This document shows, one piece after another, positions 6,489 to 16,200 of a stretch of 41,658 bases of DNA. The stretch lies in IMG/VR virus record IMGVR_UViG_3300050490_000017; one strand, given 5' to 3'. This DNA comes from a virus. Each line of letters starts with the position of its first letter. Position 1 is the first letter of the stretch. Both the position numbers and the translations under genes were made by a program. Below the pieces are notes generated by a model that worked only from the letters and a program-made list of their open reading frames with translations, ran no database searches and was not told where the DNA came from.

Positions 6489-8788
6489 AGTTTCCGATCC
6501 TCTGGCGGCACGAATTTCCAGACATTCTCGTCCATGCCTTCGGGAACTGGCATGGTGCTGAGATCCTCTGGCTGCTCGGTCGGAGCTGCGGCTTGAGGCT
6601 CTTCCAAAGGCGGAAGACTGCCGGCCTGGGCCACGGCGTTGACCATCGTGCGAACGCGGCGCTTCTTGTTCTCGATCGACTCCTTGGACTCGCCGGGACG
6701 AGGCGTAAGGATATCGGTCTGCTTCCTTACCTCTTCTGGTGTCGCGGTGGCGCCTGAGACGCTATACAGATACGAAGAAACGATGGTCTGCAGCGAGTTT
6801 GCCGCCTTCTGGTATTCTGGGGTCGTGGCGAACTCGCTGAACGGAAGCTTGGAATAGGCTTGGTTCTTCGTATCGGCGAGGGCATTGTAATTATCCTCGA
6901 CGACCTGCAATTCCGGCTTGATGACCGAAAACAGCGACTGGTTTTTGCGCTCGCCCTCTGTCAGGAGCTTTTGCGGCTTACCACCGGTAAGCGGGATGAT
7001 GCCTGGGTTTGCAGACGCAGCGCCCTGCTGAGATGTCGGCGTGTTGGGACCGGCTGCAGGAGGCGCAACCGCTTGTGGAGCGGGGCCGGCCGCATTCGCG
7101 CCACCATCGCCGAACAAATCAATAGTTGGCTGCTGCGCCTGTGGCGCGCCTTGCTGGCCCTGCTGCTGCTTGAAGATTCCTTGTGGCGTCAGGAACATCA
7201 TCGCGCCCGTGCTCGGGTCCGTGATCGTCTTGCCGGCACCGAGCTGCTGGGCCTGGTCAGCGGTGATCTGGCCACTCTCTATAAGGCCATTGAGGGCCTG
7301 AGCTTCGACAGAGTTTCCGCCGAAACGGAAGCCGCTGTTTGGCTTGTCCGTCTCGTCCTGGGGCCGGAACGCCTTCTTCTCGTCGTTGTCCCATAGCCAG
7401 CCATCGCCGAGATTGGTCACGTTCGCACGCTTGCCGGTCTTGGCCTTTAGAGCCTCGAGCTGAGCCTGCTTGTAATCCTGCTCGAGCTTATAGGACGGAT
7501 CGGCGCGCTGTGTGTTCAGCTTGTAATCCTCGCGGGCACGCCATTTCTGCTCTTCCTGCTGCTGCTGATACTCCTGCATGAGCATCTGCTGGCCCATTTC
7601 CTGGGTATATGGGTTCTGGAGGAGGGCTGCGATCTGCGCGCGCCTGTCGGGCTGGCTTCCCATAGCTTGCGGCTGGCTCCCGACCTGCTGAGCCTGTGCT
7701 ACCTGCTGAGGAGATGCTGGAGACCCGCCAAGCAGGGCCTGCATAATCCCCTTGTTCGGGTCGGCATTCATCAACTGCTGGCTGTTCTGAAACTCTGGCG
7801 GGATCTGGGCCGAAGGCATGCCTACAGGGGGCACGCTGGCGACGTTCGGCGCTGGTCCGACCGCAGAGGCGGGAAGAGGCGGCAACGCAGCCTGCGGGGC
7901 TGTCTGAGACTGCGGCATAGGCTGTGCTGGAGCATTCGCACGCATTTGCCCTGCTGCCCCAGGCATGGGGATGCCGATTGACTGGTCAAGGCTTGCCACC
8001 TCGCCTGGAGCGCTTGCCGTCGGCTGATTGGCGAAGGCAAGGGCCTTCTGCGTCCACGCGTCCCGGCTGCCATAATTTGGGGTGCCTGGCCGAAGAAACT
8101 TATCAGTGAACACGCGGCCGGCGGTCATGGCGTCGGGAGCACTGCGCAGATCTCTGAGAACGACGCCTTCCGGAGAGTTGGCGAGTTCGTTCTTCAGGAA
8201 GCCGTAGTTCGCCTCATAACTGTTCGGATCAAGACCGTTGTTCCCGGTCCATGCTTCGAATTCCTTGCGGCGCGGGCCTGTCCATTGTGCATAGCCATAG
8301 CCTCCACGCGAGCCTGGAACTGTCGGGTTGACCTCCTGCATCGTGCCGAAACCTGCCGACTCATGGCCAAGCTGCCCGACGACGCCGGCCGCCTGCTCTG
8401 GAGTGAGCTGAAAATCCTTGGAAAGGTCACTGACCAGGCGCGGGGCAACCGTGTCCCATTCCTTGCCGGCCGTCGGCTTGGCGGCGATTTGCCCAGAAGG
8501 CGAAACGGAAGGCATAGAGCCGCCAGTCTGGCCGGGAGTACCAAGCAATGTGTTGGCAAGGAGCGTACTGGCGCTTGCGCGGTTCGTCGCATCCTGCCGC
8601 TCGGCTTTCCCGGCCTGATATTGGCCTGTCAGCGTCATCGCAAGGCGGCCGGCAAGTTCCAGCCCTGAAGAAGGGGGCTTGCCGCCTGATCCCGCCTCGA
8701 TGAGTGCCTGCGCCATCCTGCGGCGGCGCTCGACCTCCTGCGGTGTCTGACCTGCCTTGTTTGCAAATACGGCCTCAAGGATCGCCAT
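6473..8788 (-). CDS. Ejection / internal virion protein with a tail-lysozyme (peptidoglycan hydrolase) domain
   Basis: 771 aa. GQLGHESAGFGTMQE....GGYGYAQWTGPRRKEF matches the phage tail-lysozyme (Phage_lysozyme2-like) pattern. The central region is long and Q/P/A-rich with low complexity. Confidence 0.65.
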   Translation of the reverse strand: MAILEAVFANKAGQTPQEVERRRRMAQALIEAGSGGKPPSSGLELAGRLAMTLTGQYQAGKAERQDATNRASASTLLANTLLGTPGQTGGSMPSVSPSGQIAAKPTAGKEWDTVAPRLVSDLSKDFQLTPEQAAGVVGQLGHESAGFGTMQEVNPTVPGSRGGYGYAQWTGPRRKEFEAWTGNNGLDPNSYEANYGFLKNELANSPEGVVLRDLRSAPDAMTAGRVFTDKFLRPGTPNYGSRDAWTQKALAFANQPTASAPGEVASLDQSIGIPMPGAAGQMRANAPAQPMPQSQTAPQAALPPLPASAVGPAPNVASVPPVGMPSAQIPPEFQNSQQLMNADPNKGIMQALLGGSPASPQQVAQAQQVGSQPQAMGSQPDRRAQIAALLQNPYTQEMGQQMLMQEYQQQQEEQKWRAREDYKLNTQRADPSYKLEQDYKQAQLEALKAKTGKRANVTNLGDGWLWDNDEKKAFRPQDETDKPNSGFRFGGNSVEAQALNGLIESGQITADQAQQLGAGKTITDPSTGAMMFLTPQGIFKQQQGQQGAPQAQQPTIDLFGDGGANAAGPAPQAVAPPAAGPNTPTSQQGAASANPGIIPLTGGKPQKLLTEGERKNQSLFSVIKPELQVVEDNYNALADTKNQAYSKLPFSEFATTPEYQKAANSLQTIVSSYLYSVSGATATPEEVRKQTDILTPRPGESKESIENKKRRVRTMVNAVAQAGSLPPLEEPQAAAPTEQPEDLSTMPVPEGMDENVWKFVPPEDRKLWLKK

Positions 8789-9726
8789 TAAACGCCCCCG
8801 ATCATCGAGTAGTTGACCTGATAGAAATCGCCATGCTTGCGGACAGCTTCAGGCATCACATCAGCCACTTCATGGGCCATGACGCCGCGCTCTCTGGCGC
8901 CGAAGATATCGTAATCATAGACGCCAATGCCGAGGCGATGCGTGCCGACACGCTGGATATTGCTCTTCAGCCTGGCATCGGAGAACACCCAACCGCCAAG
9001 CGCTGTGCCGAGACCGAGAAGGCCCGACATTTTCGACTGGTAGCCCTGCATGTTCTGATTATAGGCATTGTTGGTGATGCCGGCGACGTCGGTTCCGTTC
9101 ACCCCAGGGGTCGGCGTATTGACGAAGTTCGGGGTCTGGACCTGGCCCCCGCCCATCAGCGCCGAAATCTCGTTGATCGGCTGGTTGCGCTCGGCAAGGG
9201 CTTCCTGCACTGACTGCCCCCTGCCCTGCAGCAGAAGCTGGTTATAGGCATCGTTAGTCTGCTGGCCAACGGCTTCCGTGGCTCGCTTATATGCCTCGGT
9301 TCCAGGCCGTACGCCCTTGTTGAGCAACTCGGCCTCAGTCGATTTCTCACGCTGGGCAATGACCGGATCGAGGCGCACGCGCCCAAGCTCCATCAGACGG
9401 CTTTCCGTCGCCTCATTCGACAGATTGACCGGCTTGGAGAGGACGCCGCTCAGCCTGTCGGTCTGCCCGATCGCCAAGTTGTTCAGCTTCGAGCCGAGCT
9501 GCGTCTGCTGGTTATAAAGCTGCTGCTGCTCCGGAGAAAGCGACTGGGTGGCGGTAAACCGTGGCGTTCCGTCCGACCATGTGCCGTTCTGCGAGTAGTT
9601 CAGGTTGCCGTAGGGCGTGATCTGATTCGTGGCATTGAGACCGTACTGCGTTACGGCCGTCGCCTTGTTGCTTTCGGTCTGAGCGGCCGCAGTCTTCGCC
9701 GGATCTGGCGCCTTCGGAGCTGACAT
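8788..9726 (-). CDS. Virion protein with a C-terminal Peptidase_S74 intramolecular-chaperone domain
   Basis: Start moved to ATG 9726 (MSAPKAPD), an ATGA overlap with the upstream stop. The C-terminus FSDARLKSNIQRVG....GVMAHEVADVMPEAV....YQVNYS is the auto-cleaving chaperone signature (S-D-x-R-L-K). Confidence 0.7.
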   Translation of the reverse strand: MSAPKAPDPAKTAAAQTESNKATAVTQYGLNATNQITPYGNLNYSQNGTWSDGTPRFTATQSLSPEQQQLYNQQTQLGSKLNNLAIGQTDRLSGVLSKPVNLSNEATESRLMELGRVRLDPVIAQREKSTEAELLNKGVRPGTEAYKRATEAVGQQTNDAYNQLLLQGRGQSVQEALAERNQPINEISALMGGGQVQTPNFVNTPTPGVNGTDVAGITNNAYNQNMQGYQSKMSGLLGLGTALGGWVFSDARLKSNIQRVGTHRLGIGVYDYDIFGARERGVMAHEVADVMPEAVRKHGDFYQVNYSMIGGV

Positions 9727-10142
9727 CAGTCTTCCTTCCAATAGCCGTTCAGGATCGCCTCATTCCGGAGAAGACTGAACACAAGTCCGTCCTCGTCACC
9801 GTAGAAAAGCCGCGCGACACCTTCGAATTTGAATTTGAATTTGGGCGCCATCTTCCGCACCCGCTTGTTGGATCGCCGCGTCGTCACAGAAAGGCGCTGG
9901 CAGCCGAGTTCCCGAAACACGATGTTGCCGAGCATGTCCCATGAATCGCGCGCAACGCAGCCGCGGCCGGCAAGCGAAAGCTCGATGCCGTGACCGGAGT
10001 AGTTCGTCAGGACGAAGCCGCCGACCAACCGCCCTTCAGGAGTGATCACGCCCAAAGTCCGCGTCACATCGCTATACTGGTCGCCCGTCATCCCGGCCAC
10101 ATATGCAGAGACGATCGCGTCTTCCCCGAGCAGGAAGTTCAT
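9726..10142 (-). CDS. GNAT-like (acetyltransferase-fold) protein, 138 aa
   Basis: The pattern LVGGFVLTNY..IELSLAGRG......FRELGCQRLSVTTRRSNKRVRKMAPKFKFKFEGVARLFYG resembles the RimJ/L-type GNAT core. The gene has ATGA overlaps on both sides. Confidence 0.4.
   Translation of the reverse strand: MNFLLGEDAIVSAYVAGMTGDQYSDVTRTLGVITPEGRLVGGFVLTNYSGHGIELSLAGRGCVARDSWDMLGNIVFRELGCQRLSVTTRRSNKRVRKMAPKFKFKFEGVARLFYGDEDGLVFSLLRNEAILNGYWKED
9825..9842. repeat. (GAATTT)x3 hexanucleotide tandem repeat inside the GNAT-like gene
   Basis: Read directly as gaatttgaatttgaattt. It encodes KFKFKF on the minus strand. Confidence 0.9.
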
Positions 10143-11722
10143 ATGAATTCGCCAGTCTCGAGAGTGATGTTGAAACCGTTCACCTGAACGAGGGAGGGTC
10201 GCGTCGACTCGATGTTCTGGGGCACGTCAACACGGATCTTCAGCGCCGCATTCTGCCCGAGAGCCGCTGTAGAAAGCCAGTCAGTCAGGGTGAATTGCCC
10301 CCTGGACCAGTTGTCTCGGCCCCAGATCATTTGGCCCCAGAGAGAACCGTTGGTGACGCCTTGGGTGGAGAGGTAGGAATATGTCGACGTGTCCTTAAAA
10401 TCGACGTCGATCAGAAAGTTGACGGCCACGGCGTAATTGGTCGTTACCAGCGGCTGCACCATCGTCCAGCGCTTCTTGGCGCCGCGGTTGCCATAGTACT
10501 GGAAAGAGGTCTTCATGATGGCCGTGAATGCGCCGGTATAATCAGCACCCGTCACATCGGCCTCGTAGACAACGCCGTCATTGCCACCGAAGAACAGACG
10601 ATCGTCCATCACTTCCCAGCAATTGGCGTTCTGCCCGATGAACCTGCACCAGGCGCCGGTCAGCGTGTTCATGACATATTGATGCTGGGTGACGTTCTCG
10701 ACGAGCGGAACGTTGATGATCGCCATGTTCCCCTTCGGGTAGCTCACCACCTCCCAGCCGAAGGAGTCGCCATAGGCGCGGGTAGCGTCGTTCATGGCCC
10801 GCTGGATGTTCTTGGTGATCGCCACACGCGAAACGGCGCCGCGATCGAGTGAAAGGGCCGTGGAAAGCGGATAGCAGCCGTCAACGCTGATGATCGCCAG
10901 ATCCGAGCCGACCTTGCGGAAACAGCGGCGGCCAAGCGGCGCACCGAGATCGAAGACGCCGATCAGGCTCCATGTCGCGGCATTATCCGGGTCTGTCCCG
11001 GCGTAGATGATAATCTGCCCCCGCGAGGTGGCAAATACGGCGTAATCGTCAGGACCAGAGCCAGCATCGCGCGACCATGTGCCCATCGCCATGACATAGC
11101 CGCCCCTGGACATCAGGCCGCCAAGCTCGAATTCCGTTGCTGCCCCGCCGATCTGATCGACGTCGAGATAGGCAACCTTCGTGCTTTCCGTCAGGCACAC
11201 CCAAATTCGGTTCTTGTGGATATTGACGTTGATGATGTCTTGAGGGGTGATCCCGGTGATGGCAGGCGTCAGAGCAAAGACCGTACCGTTGTAGGTGAAC
11301 GGCAGATCTGCCCCGTTGCAGCACCATGCATACTGACCGCCAGTTCCAACGAAATTGACATACTGGATGCGGCTGTTCGTCAGATTGGTGATCACGGCGT
11401 CTGGAGTCGGGCCGACAGCCCCGGATGCCGTCGTTTCGTAGATATCGCCGCCGGCAATCGCGAACTGCTTGGAGCCGGAAGCCCCGCTATAGACGACGAT
11501 CGTCTCCACAGGGTCCGTGACGCCCGTTGGCCGGTGGCGCGTAAAGCCTTTTCGAAGCTCCACATATTCTGCTTGTGGAAACCAGTTGTCGAGCTGGATG
11601 GCGCGTTTCGGCGACATTTCTGCGAGGGGCGATGTCGTATCCCATCCCTCTGTCGGGGCCGGCATCGACGCGCCATTGGCAGCACGCCTGCGCTGAGAGC
11701 CTGATGAGAGAGCCTGCAGCAT
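10139..11722 (-). CDS. Tail tubular/nozzle-like virion protein (527 aa)
   Basis: Start moved to ATG 11722 (MLQALSSG, ATGA overlap). It is beta-rich and sits after an adaptor-sized protein and before the ejection proteins, as T7 gp12 does. The call rests on position and size only. Confidence 0.35.
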   Translation of the reverse strand: MLQALSSGSQRRRAANGASMPAPTEGWDTTSPLAEMSPKRAIQLDNWFPQAEYVELRKGFTRHRPTGVTDPVETIVVYSGASGSKQFAIAGGDIYETTASGAVGPTPDAVITNLTNSRIQYVNFVGTGGQYAWCCNGADLPFTYNGTVFALTPAITGITPQDIINVNIHKNRIWVCLTESTKVAYLDVDQIGGAATEFELGGLMSRGGYVMAMGTWSRDAGSGPDDYAVFATSRGQIIIYAGTDPDNAATWSLIGVFDLGAPLGRRCFRKVGSDLAIISVDGCYPLSTALSLDRGAVSRVAITKNIQRAMNDATRAYGDSFGWEVVSYPKGNMAIINVPLVENVTQHQYVMNTLTGAWCRFIGQNANCWEVMDDRLFFGGNDGVVYEADVTGADYTGAFTAIMKTSFQYYGNRGAKKRWTMVQPLVTTNYAVAVNFLIDVDFKDTSTYSYLSTQGVTNGSLWGQMIWGRDNWSRGQFTLTDWLSTAALGQNAALKIRVDVPQNIESTRPSLVQVNGFNITLETGEFI

Positions 11723-12426
11723 CAGAGCGACCATGATCCATCTTGAACGCCAGGGTAGCGCGGGCGCCCGTAATTTACCTGCTGTGTGAAGCTGAGAGTA
11801 CGCTTCGAACCATCGCGGGCCAACGCCTGCGATACCTGAAGCTCGTAGGTGCGGAACGCCTCGGCATAATCGAAGCCCTTGGCCTTCAGAAACCGCCAGA
11901 TAACCCCGAGCGTGATCAATTCCTCGTCGAGGATTGCCGTGTCGGTGTCAACCGTGAATGCCGGCTTCTCGACGGATGCTTGGTCAAGAACCCAGTTTTT
12001 CGAGATGTACTCGAACGCATAGGTGTCGCCGGCCGGCGGAATCGGGATCATCAGCACATTGCCGCCACGGATGCGGTAGCTGTCATAGAGCACGGTGGCG
12101 ATGATTGACTTCTGCGCCTGCCAGTCTGTCGGGCTGAGAGGTCCGAGAACCTGGCGCTTTCTCGTCCTGTTGTAGAACGTCTCGTTCAGCATATGGTCGT
12201 AGTCGGTCGGAATGACGGAGGCTTGCGTCTCCAGCGCGACCGAGGTGAACGTCTTTTCCTTCGTGAGCTTTTCCCACGATCCGCGGCGCATCAGTTCCTT
12301 GCCTTCCTGATTGGCAAGCGCACGCATCTGCCGAGCGGTATCAGCGGTATTTGCGAATACCGTGGTCCCGCTCAGCGTGATGGCGATGCGATCGACTGCG
12401 TCAGTGCAGATCGTGAGAATGGTCAT
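11722..12426 (-). CDS. Virion protein (adaptor / tail tubular A-like position), 234 aa
   Basis: ATGA coupling to both neighbours. The call is by position only. Confidence 0.3.
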   Translation of the reverse strand: MTILTICTDAVDRIAITLSGTTVFANTADTARQMRALANQEGKELMRRGSWEKLTKEKTFTSVALETQASVIPTDYDHMLNETFYNRTRKRQVLGPLSPTDWQAQKSIIATVLYDSYRIRGGNVLMIPIPPAGDTYAFEYISKNWVLDQASVEKPAFTVDTDTAILDEELITLGVIWRFLKAKGFDYAEAFRTYELQVSQALARDGSKRTLSFTQQVNYGRPRYPGVQDGSWSL

Positions 12427-13010
12427 GCATCTTCCTTCGTCGTCTTGCGGCGCGAGCCTTCCTGCTTTTCGTTCAATTCCTTGAGGAGCTGCATGGCCGC
12501 TTCAAGCTCTTCGCGCATGGTCTTGTTTTCGTCGCGCAAAGCAGCCACCTCGGCAGCGACCGGCGCCGTGCTCTGACGAGCCTCGAGGAATGCCTTGGCC
12601 TTGCCCTGAAGCTGAAGGATGCCGGGAAGACCGAGCTTGCCGAGATCGGCCTGGGAGGAATTGGCGAGGTCTTCGACGCTGAGGACGTGGCGTTCCTTGA
12701 GAACGCGCGACTGTTCCGGCGTGACGCCAGGCCAGGCATCGATCGGGTAGCCGCTGACCGGTGCCTTTTCCTGGCGCTTCCATGCGTCGTAGTAGGGCTG
12801 CAGGACGGCCCACTTGGCCGGGTCTTTCATGACGCGCCGGATCTTGTCTTCGGTGATCGTCGCGTTCGTGGTGCCCTTCTTGGTCCACTGGACCCACTCG
12901 ATGGCGGCCAGTTCGTCGCCGTCCGTGCCTTCGTAGTCCGTCCAGAACTTTAGCGGGAAGATGTGCGCCGGCTCGTGCTCGACGCGGGGCATGAATTCAT
13001 CCATTGTCAT
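12423..13010 (-). CDS. Hypothetical structural-module protein (195 aa) with a C-terminal coiled coil
   Basis: Tracked ORF with a GGAGA RBS upstream. Its stop is coupled to the next gene. Confidence 0.55.
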   Translation of the reverse strand: MTMDEFMPRVEHEPAHIFPLKFWTDYEGTDGDELAAIEWVQWTKKGTTNATITEDKIRRVMKDPAKWAVLQPYYDAWKRQEKAPVSGYPIDAWPGVTPEQSRVLKERHVLSVEDLANSSQADLGKLGLPGILQLQGKAKAFLEARQSTAPVAAEVAALRDENKTMREELEAAMQLLKELNEKQEGSRRKTTKEDA

Positions 13011-13043
13011 TCTCCGATTGTGGGCGCCGGAATGGCGTTGCCG

Positions 13044-13223
13044 TCAAAGCGAGTGCCAGACAAGCCGAAGACCGGGGTGGATCTCCATCAGCTCGTCGAA
13101 TTGCGATTCATGCGGCTTGGCACTGGCGATCTCTTCAGCCGCCTGCCGTACGTTGCCGCTGGAGCAGAGATGCGCGATACGGGCCTTGAGAGCCTCAAAC
13201 TTCTGTTCAGACTTCTTTGCCAT
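13044..13223 (-). CDS. Hypothetical small protein (59 aa)
   Basis: From ORF 13044..13238. Start moved to ATG 13223 (MAKKSEQKF), which has a GAGGAG 7 nt upstream. The tracked start lies in the terminator U-tract. Confidence 0.5.
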   Translation of the reverse strand: MAKKSEQKFEALKARIAHLCSSGNVRQAAEEIASAKPHESQFDELMEIHPGLRLVWHSL

Positions 13224-13235
13224 CGTCGTTCTCCT

Positions 13236-13267
13236 CAAAAAGAAAGGGGCGAGTTTTCCCCGCCCCT
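13236..13267 (-). terminator. Intrinsic terminator downstream of the capsid/decoration genes
   Basis: The minus-strand RNA has a 7-bp stem AGGGGCG / CGCCCCU followed by UUCUUUUUG. Confidence 0.7.
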
Positions 13268-13274
13268 ATTGTTG

Positions 13275-13769
13275 TCAGTACGGGAAAGCGCACATGATGA
13301 TCTTTGCCGAGGCATCGATCGCATAGGCGCACACCGTATCCGTCACGGCAGCGGCAACCTTGAGGGTGCCATCGGTCGTGGCCGACATGATCAGAGCGTT
13401 ACCGTCTGCGCCGGAGACCAGAGCCGTTGTCAGGGTTGCTACGCCCTTGACCTGGATCCAGCCGTATTCGCCAGTGCCAGGGGCGCCAACGAGCACGCCC
13501 GCGCCATTGGCCGCAGTGTCGGAAACGTCCGACGTGACGACGTTCGACGCGCCGGCAGAGACGCCGCCAGGGGCATAGAAGCCCACGGCATTGCCGGCGA
13601 CCGCCGCAATAGCTCCAGCACCGGAATTGTACTGGACGAAGCGGTAGGTCTTGTTGTCATTGGAGACGAAGATGTCACCAATGCCGGGAGCAGTACCGGA
13701 TTCCGAGCCCGTGAGGTCGGCTGCCGTATACGTCTTGGTGAGATTTGCACCGAAACCCATATCAGACAT
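13275..13769 (-). CDS. Head decoration / cement-like protein (164 aa)
   Basis: It lies immediately after the major capsid gene. It is G/A/V-rich with a beta-type sequence (GWIQVKGVATL). The call rests on position and composition. Confidence 0.35.
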   Translation of the reverse strand: MSDMGFGANLTKTYTAADLTGSESGTAPGIGDIFVSNDNKTYRFVQYNSGAGAIAAVAGNAVGFYAPGGVSAGASNVVTSDVSDTAANGAGVLVGAPGTGEYGWIQVKGVATLTTALVSGADGNALIMSATTDGTLKVAAAVTDTVCAYAIDASAKIIMCAFPY

Positions 13770-13781
13770 TGTCGTTTCTCC

Positions 13782-14747
13782 TTATGCCGCGTCGATCAGG
13801 ACGCCCTGAAGCGCGCGGTTCGAGCAGGTAAGCTGCCCCTGCCAGATGATCGGGATGACGACGCCGTCCTGGTTGATCGACATTTTCTCGTCGAGCGTGG
13901 TCCAGTTGGCATCGCGGTGAACGACCATTTCCAGGTAGTCGGTGTTGATGAAGTACATCTTTTCGCCAGTGGTGGCGAAGTTGGTGTTGTCATCGAACAT
14001 GACGTCCGCTGTGACAAACTTCAGCGACTGGAAGCCGGCCGTCGCGGTGTCTGCCGTCGCATAGCGCTGCAGATCCTGAAGACCTTCCCAGTAGAAGCCG
14101 AAGAAGTCATGCGTGGAAACGATGAGGTCGGGCTTGTCGGTGCCGCGAACGAGCGAAAGCCAAAGGGTGTTCATGTACCCCTTGATGTTCGCCTTGGTCA
14201 CGGTGTTGGTGCCAGGCGCCTCATAGAACTTGTTCTTCCAGAAGGTGTAGGTCGACGAGTTGATCCCGCCTACGGTGCCGGTGCCGGCGTTCTGGATGAG
14301 CTGCGCAAGTCCGCCCATCTGGTTCGTGAGAGAACCATCCGAGTAGACGTCGAGGGACATGTTGTTGGCCGCCGTGCGCATGGCATTGCGGGTACGGGAC
14401 GAGGCCAGATCGATGATCTGTTCCTTGCCGTTGTTCATGCGAAGCTCGCGACCCGACGCCGTGACGTGAACGGCGGCCTGCACCCAGTCGTATTTGGCGG
14501 CCGACAGGACGTCGGAAGCCTGAACGTTCAGGGTGTCGTAACCGGCGTAGCGCTGGTAAGTGCTGTTTTCGGCATAATCGAGCGGGCGCACGATTTCATA
14601 GCCGCCGGAGAGCTTCTTGATCTTCCCGCGGCTCTTCAACCGCGAATAGAGGGCATTGTTCTTCGACACGTTGTCCGACACTTCGGCCGGATGGTTGCGA
14701 AGGGTAGTCGTCACCATTTCGGTGAACACACTGTTTGGGCTAGGCAT
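13782..14747 (-). CDS. Major capsid protein (321 aa)
   Basis: The position after the scaffold gene, the size and the sequence pattern are typical of HK97-fold podovirus coat proteins. A terminator follows shortly downstream. Confidence 0.75.
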   Translation of the reverse strand: MPSPNSVFTEMVTTTLRNHPAEVSDNVSKNNALYSRLKSRGKIKKLSGGYEIVRPLDYAENSTYQRYAGYDTLNVQASDVLSAAKYDWVQAAVHVTASGRELRMNNGKEQIIDLASSRTRNAMRTAANNMSLDVYSDGSLTNQMGGLAQLIQNAGTGTVGGINSSTYTFWKNKFYEAPGTNTVTKANIKGYMNTLWLSLVRGTDKPDLIVSTHDFFGFYWEGLQDLQRYATADTATAGFQSLKFVTADVMFDDNTNFATTGEKMYFINTDYLEMVVHRDANWTTLDEKMSINQDGVVIPIIWQGQLTCSNRALQGVLIDAA

Positions 14748-14776
14748 TGTCCATCACCTTGATTGTTGAAAGTGGA

Positions 14777-15844
14777 TCATCCGTTGCTGTAAAGACGGTC
14801 GTAGACCTGAGACATCGTGTCTTCCATCGAGCCGCCCTTGGTTGGGCTGGTGCCCTGGACGCTCTTCTGGTTGATGCCGCCGGCCTGCTTCGCTTTGCGA
14901 ACTGCGTCAGCCTCGTCGGCCTTGCGCTTGTCTTCAGCCGCCTTCTGCTGGTCAGCCTGCAGGCGCTGACGTACATCAGGGTTGGCGTAGACCGCTCGGT
15001 CGTAGGCTTTCTTCAGCACTTCGCCGTAGTTGAGACCGGGCTCCTTGGACTTGATCACAGGGATCAGGCCCATTAGCTCGTCCTCGACGTCGCCGAAATA
15101 CGGGTTTTCGCTAGCGAATTTGTCGATCGTCTGGGCAACGGTGGCCGTCTGCGCCTGCTGTTCGCTGCGCTCGCGGGCCGTGAGAGAGTTCTTGATCTCG
15201 GCAAGTTCCCTGCGGAGCTGTAAGACTTCACCGTTGGATGATTGGTCTTGCTGAGGGTTGCCGGTCGCGAACTGACGCAGATCAACGCCGTAATGCCTTG
15301 CAATCTGCTGGATGCCTTCGACGGGGTTCTCCGAGAGCGTCCGGTCGACATAGAGAACAGTTCGAAGACCGTCCTCCACCGAAATACCGTGCTTCGTGAA
15401 AATCTCGCGATGCTGTTCCAGATGATTACGCAGCGGCTCGAACGCCTTGACCTGCTCCCCTTTCTGAGTGATGGCCTGGTGCGCCTCCCTTTCCCGCTGT
15501 GCAACGTATTCCTGCACGTCGGGTGAAAGGTTGGGGAACTTGGCTTTCATCTCAGCCGACCATGAATTGGGCGCCTCGATGGCCGGTTTTGCCGGTTCGG
15601 GGGCCGTTTCCAAGGGCTGGTCGTTATTGTCTCCGGTCTTCACCTCGGCTGCGGCTTCCGCGCCTTCAGGCTTTACCGGTGTATCTGATGCGAACTTGCC
15701 GCCGTCGTCGCGGTTCGGGTTCATCTTGTCCCAAACCTGAGACATCGTGTCTTCGAAACTGGGGGCCGCCTCTGCTGGTGTCGAAACGGGTACAGGGGCG
15801 CTTTCGGTGGCGACCGGAGCCGCACCGTTGATCAGTTCATCCAT
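14777..15844 (-). CDS. Scaffolding protein (355 aa)
   Basis: Acidic, A/E/Q/K-rich and predicted helical. It lies between portal and capsid. Confidence 0.6.
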   Translation of the reverse strand: MDELINGAAPVATESAPVPVSTPAEAAPSFEDTMSQVWDKMNPNRDDGGKFASDTPVKPEGAEAAAEVKTGDNNDQPLETAPEPAKPAIEAPNSWSAEMKAKFPNLSPDVQEYVAQREREAHQAITQKGEQVKAFEPLRNHLEQHREIFTKHGISVEDGLRTVLYVDRTLSENPVEGIQQIARHYGVDLRQFATGNPQQDQSSNGEVLQLRRELAEIKNSLTARERSEQQAQTATVAQTIDKFASENPYFGDVEDELMGLIPVIKSKEPGLNYGEVLKKAYDRAVYANPDVRQRLQADQQKAAEDKRKADEADAVRKAKQAGGINQKSVQGTSPTKGGSMEDTMSQVYDRLYSNG

Positions 15845-15879
15845 GTTCTGGTGTCCTTAGCTATTCGCCAGAAGGCGGG

Positions 15880-16200
15880 TTAAGCGGTTCCACGCTTGAT
15901 GTCATTGCCGGCGCGCCATGCATCGGCGATCGCCTGCTTCTCAGCCTTGGAAGACTGGAAATTCTCGGAAGTACGCTTCCACTCGGAAGGGTCGACCTCG
16001 CGGGTGTTGGTGCGCTTGAAGTGTTCCCGACGCGCATAGCGACCGTCAACCACACCGTCTCCTAGTGGGGATTTGTAGGCGGGGATATCGGAGACGACCA
16101 TCGGGGCAGCAATCGGCTTTGCGCGCTCGCCCTCGGAAAGCATAGGCTCCCCAGTGCGCTTGTTCACGTATTGGCCGCCACGAAACACGTAGACCGTCAT
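15880..16200 (-). CDS. Hypothetical protein (106 aa)
   Basis: Tracked ORF with an ATGA overlap with the portal stop. Confidence 0.6.
   Translation of the reverse strand: MTVYVFRGGQYVNKRTGEPMLSEGERAKPIAAPMVVSDIPAYKSPLGDGVVDGRYARREHFKRTNTREVDPSEWKRTSENFQSSKAEKQAIADAWRAGNDIKRGTA

Noticed and set aside
12963-14762. 599-aa plus-strand ORF, the longest ORF on that strand in the structural region
   Set aside because: It is antisense to the major capsid and decoration genes. The translation is R/G/A/V-rich with no motifs. It is a typical shadow ORF of a high-GC coding region whose third positions coincide with those of the real minus-strand genes.
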